Below, piece after piece: positions 39,682-49,168 of a stretch of 64,000 bases of DNA. The position numbers and the translations under genes are program-made. Within the stretch, counting starts at the first letter, position 1; the number at the start of each line of letters is the position of its first letter. Source of the DNA: an uncultured archaeon (GTDB taxonomy: Archaea; Thermoproteota; EX4484-205; JAAOZP01); contig CALIBN010000002.1 in the NCBI GenBank assembly GCA_938045545.1, forward strand, positions 32,001 to 96,000, read 5' to 3'. The notes beneath the pieces were generated by a model, which had not been told where the DNA came from, made no database searches, and saw only the letters and a list, made by a program, of their open reading frames with translations.

Positions 39682-40830
39682 CTACTCTATAGTCTTGCTC
39701 CACATTTCTTTAGCAAGCCTACCCTCATACTTCATCAGGCTAAGCTCCTTCTTCGCATATTCACGCTTAACATTATGTTTTTCAAGGAAACCCGTAACCT
39801 TCTCCACCAGTATCTCCTTTATCTCTCCGCTCAACATCCTTCCAGAGGAATACTCCTCCCTGATACTCCTAAGCTTCTCATCGTCCTCCTCGAAGAAGAA
39901 GTGGAGCCACTGGTAGGGCACATCAACATCCGGGTTTCCACCAAGCCTCCTGTGTTCCTCAACCGTTGGCTGTCCTCCTGAAAACGCTTGAAATATCTTT
40001 CTCCGGATGCTCTTCTCATCCTCGTTAAGGTAGATGGCACTTTCCGGCTGGGAGGCGCTCATCTTGCCCGAGGGACCCGTTAAAGGTGGGAGAAACTTGC
40101 AGTGGATAGCTGCAGTCTTATAGTAGCCGAAGCTTTCGGCAATATCCCTCTGAATCCTCCAATAAGGATCCTGGTCTATTGCAGCTGGGATTAGACACCG
40201 CCTCTTCTCGAAGAAAGTCACGCATATTTGGAAAGCAGGGTAGAAGATCATGCCTATGTTTGTGCTTGCATCGAAGCCGAAAACAGCTCTAACCCAGCTG
40301 AAATTAACCTTCTTAGCGATCTTCAGAACCATGGGGTACATGTTTCGCACATACTCCGTATCCTGAAATATGAAAGTCCTGTCAGGGTCGAACCCTACTG
40401 AGGCAATATCAAGCGCGTTCTCATAGGACCATTTTCTAACATCCTCGATAGTCAGATTCCTGCTTTCCTCCAGGAACTTCTCATCGTCGGTCAACTCGAT
40501 GTAAACGTTACACCTAAACCTGTCTTGAAGCCATTTAGTGAAGTAGAAGGGAATTATGTGGCCCAGCGTCATGGGCCCGCTTGGACCCCTGCCTGTGTAG
40601 AGGAAGAAGCCTCTTCCAGCCTCATAGTCGTCCAGAACCCTATCTAGATCCCTGTGGGAGAAGAAGACCCCGCGTCTAAGAAGAAGATGGTCTTCCCCGG
40701 CGAGCCTAACAAGCCTTTCTTTAAGCTGAAGAGTAAGGGGTTCTGTTCCAAAATCTCTCACGAGTTTCTCATAGTCAACTACGCCTTCCACGGTCCACGG
40801 AGTAACCTTGAAATCGCCCTGCTGCCCCAT
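39682..40830 (-). CDS. trpS: Tryptophanyl-tRNA synthetase (archaeal/eukaryal type); start moved to ATG 40830
   Basis: VTPW.VEG, YTGRGPS, AIDQDPY, KMSAS; GGTGA-type RBS upstream of 40830; the longer ORF would overlap trm112. Confidence 0.95.
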   Translation of the reverse strand: MGQQGDFKVTPWTVEGVVDYEKLVRDFGTEPLTLQLKERLVRLAGEDHLLLRRGVFFSHRDLDRVLDDYEAGRGFFLYTGRGPSGPMTLGHIIPFYFTKWLQDRFRCNVYIELTDDEKFLEESRNLTIEDVRKWSYENALDIASVGFDPDRTFIFQDTEYVRNMYPMVLKIAKKVNFSWVRAVFGFDASTNIGMIFYPAFQICVTFFEKRRCLIPAAIDQDPYWRIQRDIAESFGYYKTAAIHCKFLPPLTGPSGKMSASQPESAIYLNEDEKSIRRKIFQAFSGGQPTVEEHRRLGGNPDVDVPYQWLHFFFEEDDEKLRSIREEYSSGRMLSGEIKEILVEKVTGFLEKHNVKREYAKKELSLMKYEGRLAKEMWSKTIE

Positions 40831-40916
40831 TTCACCGGAGAAATCTCTATGGGACTTTTTAAAGCTTGTAATGAGCTTAAGTAACGTTTTTAACTTCGAA
40901 CAGAAACTAAGAGACC

Positions 40917-41318
40917 ATGAAGTATAGGCTCCTAGACCTCCTTGCCTGCCCAATAGATAAGGATTTCCCTTTGAAACTAATAGTTTTCCAAGAAGAAGAG
41001 AGGAGCATTGAGTTTAAGCACGGTAGCGTTATATGTGAGCTCTACTGTGGCCTAAAGGCGGCTTATGTTAAAGATTCCAGCCTTAGCGCCGAGGAATGCA
41101 ATAAATGCATGAAGAGGGAAATACTAAACGGTATCCTAATATGTTCTAAGTGTAACAGGTGGTATCCAATCGTGGATGAGATCCCCCAACTACTACCTGA
41201 CGAATTAAGAGAATCAAACGAAGACCTTTCCTTCCTAAGGAAGTATGCTGAAAAGATTCCTAAAAACGTACTTGAAGAAGGAAAGCCTTTCAACCTTGTG
41301 GCAACAGGTGAACGTTAA
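40917..41318 (+). CDS. trm112: Trm112 family methyltransferase activator (long archaeal form)
   Basis: LLDLLACP.DK.FPL, GILIC..CNRWYPI.DEIP.LLPDELR. Confidence 0.88.
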   Translation: MKYRLLDLLACPIDKDFPLKLIVFQEEERSIEFKHGSVICELYCGLKAAYVKDSSLSAEECNKCMKREILNGILICSKCNRWYPIVDEIPQLLPDELRESNEDLSFLRKYAEKIPKNVLEEGKPFNLVATGER

Positions 41319-41379
41319 ACTTTTTGAACCGACTCTTAATCGGTCACGCGTGCCGTGTCGTAGGCGATTCTTCTCTCAG

Positions 41380-42069
41380 CTAAACATTCCTGTTCTCGCA
41401 AACCTCGAAGTAATGCTTCACCTCGCCACATATTTTTTCGAGCTCATCTGCCAGATAAACCTGTTTTCTCACAAACGTTTCATCAAGGGTTTTAGTCGGC
41501 TTAAACTGTTGGATGAAGAATCTTCTCGCACCCTTAAGCCACCCAGCTATGGCTAAAATATCCTCCCTTGTAAGGAGCTCGGGGACAACTGTTGTTCTGA
41601 ACTCGTGCTCTGGGAAAGCCTTAACCATCTCAACGCTTTCAGCAATCTTACTGGCATCCACCTTAACCCTCACTACGCTTTCATATTTTTCTAAAGGTGC
41701 CTTAACATCCATCGCGATGTAGTCGACGAGCTTTTCCCCTATGAGCTTCCTGAGCATTTCAGGCCTTGTTCCATTCGTATCCAGCTTGATGGAATACCCT
41801 AGATCCTTAATCCTCTTAATGAAATCTGGGAGGCCGTTGTGAAGGGTCGGCTCCCCACCGGTTATGCAGACTCCATCGAGGAAACCTTTCCTCTCCAAGA
41901 GGAAGCGAAACAAATCTTCCTCGGGGATTGCGGGAGTCCCATCATCTATGACCAGCTCGGGGTTATGACAATAGGGGCAACGGAAGTTACAGCCGAATGT
42001 GAATAGGGTACATGCAACCCTACCCGGGTAATCTAACAGGCTCAGCTTCTGTATTCCCTTTATTATCAA
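41380..42069 (-). CDS. nrdG: Anaerobic ribonucleoside-triphosphate reductase activating protein (radical SAM)
   Basis: SLLDYPG, GCNFRCPYCHNP, ITGGEPT, KLDTNG, EFRTT. Confidence 0.88.
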   Translation of the reverse strand: MIIKGIQKLSLLDYPGRVACTLFTFGCNFRCPYCHNPELVIDDGTPAIPEEDLFRFLLERKGFLDGVCITGGEPTLHNGLPDFIKRIKDLGYSIKLDTNGTRPEMLRKLIGEKLVDYIAMDVKAPLEKYESVVRVKVDASKIAESVEMVKAFPEHEFRTTVVPELLTREDILAIAGWLKGARRFFIQQFKPTKTLDETFVRKQVYLADELEKICGEVKHYFEVCENRNV

Positions 42070-42340
42070 GCTTTGACGCCAAGTTTTTCTGGAGGAGGAT
42101 TTAAGGTTTATTCTTAAAATAGGAGAAGCCTGGCGTGTTTAAGCTTTCATTTCAATTCCTTTTCGAGAAACGATATGTTAATGCAGGTAACAAATCTGTC
42201 ACTCGGATGTGAAAACACTTCATGAATTTTTGTGAAATCAGGCACAGGATGCGAAGGGAGGGGGGCGCGACACAAAGGTAACGAGACAATAAAAACAAAG
42301 AGAAACTGTTTAAACTATTCAAATCGTTCCATTAAGCGTT

Positions 42341-42496
42341 ATGCCCAGAAGAGGTAGAAATCTCTCCGAGCTCTGCTTAGGATGGCTGAGCGGACGAGAA
42401 GCTTGAGGCGGAATGCCGGACTCAGAAAAGGGTTGAGGAATTAAGCTAATAGAAGGAGCTCTGGCAACTGTGCTTACGGAACTCGCGGGACGCTAA
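42341..42496 (+). pseudogene. Multiply frameshifted small coiled-coil gene relic
   Basis: TATA-like TTTAAA about 26 nt upstream of ATG 42341; fragments RALLRMAER, EKLEAECR, RVEEL, IEGALATVLTELAGR* spread over different frames. Confidence 0.3.
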
Positions 42497-42752
42497 TGCA
42501 TTAAAGAGTTAAAAGAAAAACAGAAAAGTCGATATTTTAGTTCCTTTCTAGCGCGTACCTCAGACGGTCTAAGAGATTTTAGAAACTGTGAGGTAGGTGA
42601 AGAATAATGTTAAGTACATCTTCAGAAAGATTAAGGGAAATGAAACTAAAAAGTTTCTTCCTCGAAATTCTCGAATAGGCTCTTAATCTTCCTGACATAA
42701 GTCTCCCCGATTTCCAGCCTCTTAATTCCTCCCTCCGTCATGAGCTCGGCCC

Positions 42753-43559
42753 TTATACCATCAAACCCCTTAACTCCTTCGCAAGAACGACGTTTACTTC
42801 CCCCCTGAGGCTCTCCTCCAAAGACGATAGGGACGGATGTTTTAAGCCTAGCTCTGAAGCCATCGTGCGGATTGTTTCCTCCAGCATATCCTTACACTCG
42901 ACCTTACTCATGACTTTACTGCGAGCCTCCACCAGCCCGGTGAACAGGTTTAACAATCTTCCCTTGAGCGTCTCGCTGACCTCTTTATTAGATAAGGGGA
43001 ATACACCCGCTTTACCATCGTCCTTCAGGGCCTTATATCTGGCGAGGTGTCTAACCGCGTGGTATGCGTGGGAAATGGATTTTCCATACTCCTCACGAAA
43101 GTAGGATTCGATGGCAAGGCCTAAGGCGACCAAGGACGAGTTCCTTAAGATCCTTAGAGTGCACTCCGTCACGGTGGGTTTAACCGCTATCAAACTGGAT
43201 ATGTTACCTTCATCCTTCAGCATTATGCAATCCCTATGTAGCATGAAGGCAAGCGGATCGCCCGATGAGAACATTTTCGTGACCTCATCCACACTCATAT
43301 ATGTAACGTTGACCTCCGAATCCCATAGCCTAAAGAAGTATTGCCTCCTATCGGGATTTCCCTCAGTCACGACCAGGATATCGATATCGCTTAACCCTAT
43401 GACAAAGTCTTCCGGTCTGGCTGCGGAGCCGAAGACCACTATGGCCTTTACATTTTCAGCTTCCTTGATCTCCGAAACTCTATCTTTTATCGCCTGAAAA
43501 GCTCGTTCTAAGTATTCTTTGACCGAGGAATACAATTCCGTGTTATTGCCCATCATCAA
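42753..43559 (-). CDS. Minimal nucleotidyltransferase (MNT) fused to a HEPN-like helical domain; C-terminus possibly frameshifted
   Basis: VFGSAAR...SDIDILVV; second half LAIESY...SISHAYHAVRHLAR; an alternative frame continues to a stop at 42646. Confidence 0.7.
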   Translation of the reverse strand: MMMGNNTELYSSVKEYLERAFQAIKDRVSEIKEAENVKAIVVFGSAARPEDFVIGLSDIDILVVTEGNPDRRQYFFRLWDSEVNVTYMSVDEVTKMFSSGDPLAFMLHRDCIMLKDEGNISSLIAVKPTVTECTLRILRNSSLVALGLAIESYFREEYGKSISHAYHAVRHLARYKALKDDGKAGVFPLSNKEVSETLKGRLLNLFTGLVEARSKVMSKVECKDMLEETIRTMASELGLKHPSLSSLEESLRGEVNVVLAKELRGLMV

Positions 43560-44002
43560 TAATCCAGCAGCTTATAGCTGCGCTAAAAATGTTTCTATAG
43601 TGCTGAGCATGCTTTAAAACTTTCATCATATCGCATCCAGCCATCGAGGCCCAAGCAGAAGTATCTCATGATGAATGACATGAAGATTATTGAAGACATT
43701 CTAAGCAAAGATTACTTTTCTGAATTCATGTTTAAATATGCACTGGCACACTGAGTTTATTGTCAAAGCAGCATCGGTTCTGTTCGATTAATTCTGGTGC
43801 GCATGTTCACAAGGAAGCTTGTTGCGTTCATAGAGCAAAGAGGTGTTTGAGAAGGCTCAAGTGGGACTTTTATTCAGACAAAGAGCATGTCTTTTTAGTC
43901 ATAGGCTTTCTCCCCGGGACCTATGAATTTTTTCGACGGAGTTTAAAAGCTTGTAGTTATTAACCACAAACTTTATTAAAAAGCTTGTGAAAATCAGTTC
44001 TG

Positions 44003-45298
44003 TTGAAAGCCGATTATTTGAAGAGGGTAGTGGCTTCGCAGAGGGAGGAGATGGAAAGCCTCTTTGCGACTGAGAATATAATAGAGAGGGATGTATATAA
44101 TAGAGAGGGATGTTGATGCTGAGAAGCTGAGGAGCTTTCTTTCACATCCCAATATTCTTACTGTTCTCGGCGTGAGAAGATGCGGTAAGTCGCTGCTTTC
44201 TTGGATGCTTCTCAGAGGCGTGAAGTTCGGGTATGTTAACTTCTTCGACGAGAGGCTTGTCGGCCTTGAGGCGAAGGACCTTGGGAGCCTGCTTGAGGCT
44301 TTTTACCAGCTTTACGGCACTGACCTAGAGTTCATGGTTCTCGATGAGATTCAGCATGTCCGTGGTTGGGAGAGGTTTGTAAGCAGGATGAGGACTTCTA
44401 AGAAGATGATTGTTACTGGGAGTAGCTCGCAACTGCTTTCAAGCGAGCTGGCTACGTTTCTCACCGGGAGGCATGTTGATTTCATGCTTTACCCGTTTAA
44501 CTTCAGAGAATTCCTAAGGATACGCGGCGTGGAGCTAGGTGAGAACTGGCAGTATTCGACGAGGGTGATTTCCACGTTGAAGAGTATCTTAGAACGGGGG
44601 GCTTCCCTGAGGCCAGCAGGTTTGGCAGGAGGATTCTGGTCTCGATTTATTCCGACGTGCTTGAGAAGGACGTTATAACCAGGCATCGGGTGAGGAAGAC
44701 AGTGGCTCTCAAAGAGTTTTCCAGATACTTGGTTTCAAACGTTTCCTCCGAGTTCAGCTTCAGCAGGCTTAGGAGAATACTGAACATAGAGGATGTGCAT
44801 ACTGTTAAGAATTACGCGGAATGGGTGAGTGAAGCCTATCTCCTGTTTTTCTTGGAAAGGTTTTCGCCGAAGCTTAAGCTCCAGTTCATATCCCCTAAAA
44901 AGGCCTACTGTGTTGACAACGGGCTCGTGACTTCAATCGGGTTCAGGGTTTCGGAAAACTTAGGCAGGCTGATGGAGAACTTGGTTGCCGTTGAACTGTT
45001 GAGGCGCAGAAGCTACTCCTTCAGCGACTTTGAAGTCTTCTACTGGAGGGACTATCAGGAGAACGAGGTTGATTTCATCGTTAAGGACGGTTTGAACATT
45101 AAGCAGCTCATACAGGTGACTTACGCCAGCGGGAAGGATGAGGTTAATCCCAGGGAGGTTAAGGCACTACTCAAGGCTTCAGGAGAGCTGCGTTGTAAAG
45201 ACCTGCTTGTAATCACTTGGGACTATGAGGATGAAGCTGTTTCAAACGGTAGGAAAATACGATATATTCCCCTTTGGAAATGGCTGCTCAATCCTTAG
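44003..45298 (+). pseudogene. AAA_14 ATPase / DUF4143 protein with two frameshifts
   Basis: TTG 44003 gives MKADYLKRVVASQRE; Walker A GVRRCGKS, LDEIQ, TGSS; YLRTGGFPE lies in the next frame; C-terminal ENLV...EVDF...IQV. Confidence 0.85.
44076..44113 (+). repeat. Perfect 19-bp tandem duplication ATATAATAGAGAGGGATGT x2
   Basis: Copies at 44076-44094 and 44095-44113. Confidence 0.95.
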
Positions 45299-45342
45299 CA
45301 CGCGTCTTGGATATAACTAGTCTAAAGGATGCCCGCTTTATG

Positions 45343-46143
45343 TTAAAGCCCGTTGGAATCATGTAAGTATTTAACTATGCTTTCAAAAATCTTTCTCCCG
45401 TCTCCTTTCTCAGGAGGTCTTCTATCCCATTCTGGGAGTTGCCATCCGAAGAAGGCCCTTTCGGGATGCGGCATCATTCCCATGACTTTCCCCTTCTTGT
45501 TGCAAATCCCGGCTACATCGTACATCGAACCGTTAGGATTAAACGGGTATAGGCCGTTGGCATCGTCTCCGTTTGGAAGGACGTACCTGAAGACGACCTG
45601 CCCGTTTCTCTTAAGTTCCTCCAAATCCTCCTCAGAGCGCGTGAGGAACCTCCCTTCGGCATGGCCCACGGGTATTCTAAGGACCTCCCCCTTCCTCATG
45701 GTCATGGTGAAGGGCGTTTCATCGTTCTCAACCCTCAGCCAGACCCATCTGCACTCATACTTGGCTGAGGAGTTGTTCGCGAGGGCTATTGAAGGGGTTT
45801 CGCCAGCACCGTTCCCAGGTAGCATTCCGGCTTCAACAAGCACTTGGAAACCATTACAGATGCCGAGTATAAGCCTTCCCTCCTCTATAAACTTCTCCAA
45901 TTCAAGCCTAAGCTTCGCAAGAACTCTCTTGCCCCATACTGCGCCAGCCCTCACGTAATCCCCGTATGAGAATCCACCGGGGAAGACGATCAGATGATAC
46001 TCTAAAAGGTTTTTCTTCTCAACACTGTTCATATGGACTATTTCCGTTTTAACACCGAGTTCCTCTAAAGCCACTTTGGTTTCAAGGTCACAATTGGTAC
46101 CGCCGGTTCTTAAGACAAGTGCTTTAAATCTGTTCGCATTCAT
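45343..46143 (-). CDS. purQ: FGAM synthase glutaminase subunit
   Basis: GTNCD.ET, PGGFSYGDY, GICNGFQ, HAEG, NPNGS, MMPHPER. Confidence 0.97.
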   Translation of the reverse strand: MNANRFKALVLRTGGTNCDLETKVALEELGVKTEIVHMNSVEKKNLLEYHLIVFPGGFSYGDYVRAGAVWGKRVLAKLRLELEKFIEEGRLILGICNGFQVLVEAGMLPGNGAGETPSIALANNSSAKYECRWVWLRVENDETPFTMTMRKGEVLRIPVGHAEGRFLTRSEEDLEELKRNGQVVFRYVLPNGDDANGLYPFNPNGSMYDVAGICNKKGKVMGMMPHPERAFFGWQLPEWDRRPPEKGDGRKIFESIVKYLHDSNGL

Positions 46144-46146
46144 TTT

Positions 46147-48483
46147 TCAATATCCCCTCCAAGCCTTCTTTATATCGGAGCTGTTTAATTCACATATCTT
46201 ACTTTTAGAATCAACGATACGTAATCCAACGTCCCTGACTACTTTACCGATTCTATTGAAGGGCATTCCAAAGAATAACTCTTCGAATCTTCTTGACTTG
46301 TTTCCATCTACTTCCACGAGGAATCTTGAAGCCGATTCTGAGAAGAGAACATAATCATTCCTACGAGTTTCCGAAGGGATTTTACTGATATCGAATTCTA
46401 TCCCTAGGCCTCTTGTTGCAACAACCATTTCGGCCGCAGCCACTCCCAAACCCCCTTCAGAAATGTCGTGGCAAGATAAAACGAGCTGTTCGTCAATCGC
46501 CTTAACAAGCGTATCAATTATCTTCTTAGAAAGATTCTTATTAACTCTGGGTACTTCACCGCTATCGACTCCTTTAAGCCTTAAATACGCGGAACCTCTA
46601 AGCTCTTCCCGAGTTAAACCAATTACGTAAATTGGATTATCCTCTTTTTTAAGGTTTGGTGTAATAACCATTCTAATGTCCGGGATTATGCCAACACCTG
46701 TTATTAAAAGAGTCGGCTTCACAGGGCCCAATGGAGACTCATTATACAAACTGTCTTTTCCAGAAATGAACGGAGCGTCAAGGGCTTTTGAAAAATCATA
46801 GCATGCTTCAACTGCTCTGAGAAGCTTACCCATGTTCTCTTCGTTCTCCGGATTTCCCCAGACGAAATTGTCCAATAATGCAATTCTCCGTCCACCGACG
46901 GCAGTATTATTCCTAATCGCCTCCTCTATTGAATTAGCGGCCATCCAGTATGGATCCGGATAAAAGGGATTTATCCCACAGGATATTACCACGCCCATCC
47001 AAGAATCCTTAAGAGGTTTTATTACTGAGGCATCACTCGGCCCGGCCTCATCCCCATATATTGGCTTAACTACAGTACACCCCCTTACCTCGTGATCATA
47101 GGTTCTGACAACATCCTCCTTACTCCTAATGTTCGGATCTGAAAGCAGTTTAAGTATTTCCTCGCCCAAATCCTTTGGCTCTTCTAGGTTAACCTCAACA
47201 CGTGTAAACTCAGGTATTTTTGCCCTCCTCGTAACTTTTGGAGGATTAAAAAGGAATTTCAAATCGAGGTTGCACACAACGCGTCTTTTTGAAAAAACTC
47301 TAACTCTGCCTGATCCAACGAACCTTCCAACTATGCTCGCTTCAACTTCTTCCTCTTGGAATATTTCTAAAACTCTTTCAAGGTTTTTCTCTGGAACTGA
47401 GAGAAACATTCTTTCCTGCGACTCGGAGACCCATATTTCCCAAGGAGCCATATCCGGCACTTTGAGAGGAACCTTGTCTAAATCGACGTCAATACCTAAG
47501 CCTGATCTATAAGCCGTCTCTCCTGCAGCAGACGATAGCCCCCCACCACCAAGATCGGTTATCCCCGAGGCTAATTTCTCATCTCTTATTCTGAGTATTG
47601 CTCTTCTAAGTTTCTCCTCAACTATTGGATTAGGTATTTGAACAGCCGATCTGAACTCTTCAGCCTCTTCGGTAAGCCCTACTGAGGCAAACGTTACACC
47701 ATGTATGCCATCCCTGCCAGTCCTGCCGCCTGCAAGAACTGCGAAATCTCCTTCACCCGTATTCCTCACGTATAGCTCTCTAGGGAGGATTCCAATGCAG
47801 CCGCAATAGACAACCACATTGCCCGTGTAACCCTTGTCGAAAAATATGGCGCCGGATACTGTTGGAATACCCATGTTATTGCCGTAACTGCCTATTCCAG
47901 CTACAACACCACTGTAGACATAACGCGGATGCTTGACCCCAGAAGGCAAGTCCTCATACTTAGTGTCAAGGGGGCCGAAACAGAGCACGTCTGTTAGAGC
48001 AATAGGCTCGCCCCATACTCCAAGGATATCTCTTATGACACCTCCCACGCCTGTTGCAGCACCACCGAAGGGTTCTACTGCGGAAGGATGATTGTGAGTC
48101 TCTACTTTAGCAGCAATTGCATAGCCTTTTTCGAAATCGATTATTCCAGCATTGTCTTCAAACACCGAGATGCACCATTCCTTATTAAGTTCTCTCGTGG
48201 CTCTCACTATGAACGTTTTCAAAATGTTGGTGATTATTCGTCCATCGTCAGTTACAACATCACCCTTAAAGACATTGTGGAAACAATGTTCCGACCATGT
48301 TTGCGCGATCATCTCAAGCTCAACGTCCGTCGGAGGACGGTTGCTGAAATACTGTTTCAAATACTTCATTCTATCCAAGCTTATGTTAAGCCCCATTTCC
48401 CTGCTTATTTCAAGAAGCTCGTTATCATTTGCTGAAGAGAGGTCTATCACGTAGACCTCTAAATCATCGTAAAGCTTCCTCAC
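46147..48483 (-). CDS. purL: FGAM synthase synthetase subunit (small PurL)
   Basis: WSEHC, ETHNHPS..EPFGGAATG, DLGGGG, SESQERM, HDISEGG. Confidence 0.97.
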   Translation of the reverse strand: MRKLYDDLEVYVIDLSSANDNELLEISREMGLNISLDRMKYLKQYFSNRPPTDVELEMIAQTWSEHCFHNVFKGDVVTDDGRIITNILKTFIVRATRELNKEWCISVFEDNAGIIDFEKGYAIAAKVETHNHPSAVEPFGGAATGVGGVIRDILGVWGEPIALTDVLCFGPLDTKYEDLPSGVKHPRYVYSGVVAGIGSYGNNMGIPTVSGAIFFDKGYTGNVVVYCGCIGILPRELYVRNTGEGDFAVLAGGRTGRDGIHGVTFASVGLTEEAEEFRSAVQIPNPIVEEKLRRAILRIRDEKLASGITDLGGGGLSSAAGETAYRSGLGIDVDLDKVPLKVPDMAPWEIWVSESQERMFLSVPEKNLERVLEIFQEEEVEASIVGRFVGSGRVRVFSKRRVVCNLDLKFLFNPPKVTRRAKIPEFTRVEVNLEEPKDLGEEILKLLSDPNIRSKEDVVRTYDHEVRGCTVVKPIYGDEAGPSDASVIKPLKDSWMGVVISCGINPFYPDPYWMAANSIEEAIRNNTAVGGRRIALLDNFVWGNPENEENMGKLLRAVEACYDFSKALDAPFISGKDSLYNESPLGPVKPTLLITGVGIIPDIRMVITPNLKKEDNPIYVIGLTREELRGSAYLRLKGVDSGEVPRVNKNLSKKIIDTLVKAIDEQLVLSCHDISEGGLGVAAAEMVVATRGLGIEFDISKIPSETRRNDYVLFSESASRFLVEVDGNKSRRFEELFFGMPFNRIGKVVRDVGLRIVDSKSKICELNSSDIKKAWRGY

Positions 48484-48494
48484 GAGGGAAGGTT

Positions 48495-48737
48495 TCAGGG
48501 GGAAAGCACCTCTACGCTATAATCATCCTTGACGGGATTAGCCAGAAGCTTCTTACACATGTCTTCAGCAAGCCTCAAAGCCTCTTCACGGTCATCGACT
48601 TCAACTTCTAAAATGTAGACTTTCCCAACTTTAACCGTAGAAACGGGAAAACCGAGATCTCTAAGGGATTTTGCAGCCACATCCCCCTCGGGGTCGAAAT
48701 GTCCAGGTTTAAGCCTTACCTCCACTTTCACCCTCAT
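48495..48737 (-). CDS. purS: FGAM synthase PurS subunit
   Basis: LKPG..DPEG, LLANPV. Confidence 0.95.
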   Translation of the reverse strand: MRVKVEVRLKPGHFDPEGDVAAKSLRDLGFPVSTVKVGKVYILEVEVDDREEALRLAEDMCKKLLANPVKDDYSVEVLSP

Positions 48738-49165
48738 TTCCTCTTTCTCTCCTCAATAAGCTTCTCGACAAGACTAGGATATTTTAGAGCAAGTATTTCA
48801 ATCGCGAGAACAGCAGCATTCTTCCAATTGTCCACCCCCACAGTAGCGACAGGAATCCCCGGGGGCATTTGGACGATTGAAAGCAGTGCGTCAAGACCGC
48901 CGAGCTTGACCTCCTTCGGAACACCTATCACGGGCTTCACGGTTTCAGAAGCTATTACTCCCGGTAGAGCAGCCGAGAGCCCCGCAACCGCTATGAAGAC
49001 CTCAGCATCACTATTCTTCACGAACCCGCGTAATTCTTCAGGGTTTCTATGGGCGGAAAGGATCCTATAATCACACTCAATTCCGAAGTTTTCTAAAAAA
49101 CTCACTATGTTCTTTCCAAGTTCTTCATCCGACCTGCTTCCCATTACTACAGCCACTTTAGCCAT
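48734..49165 (-). CDS. purE: AIR carboxylase / N5-CAIR mutase
   Basis: MGSRSD, SAHRNP, PVIGVP, SIVQMPPGIPVATV. Confidence 0.95.
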   Translation of the reverse strand: MAKVAVVMGSRSDEELGKNIVSFLENFGIECDYRILSAHRNPEELRGFVKNSDAEVFIAVAGLSAALPGVIASETVKPVIGVPKEVKLGGLDALLSIVQMPPGIPVATVGVDNWKNAAVLAIEILALKYPSLVEKLIEERKRK

Positions 49166-49168
49166 GTT

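Noticed and set aside
41380-42069. nrdG without an adjacent nrdD as a novel system
   Set aside because: Activase and reductase genes are often unlinked in archaea; cannot be judged from this window
45353-45958. Long antisense ORFs (also 9606-10154, 49245-49790, 4812-5258 and others)
   Set aside because: They are shadows of well-supported genes on the opposite strand, Ser/Pro-rich and without motifs
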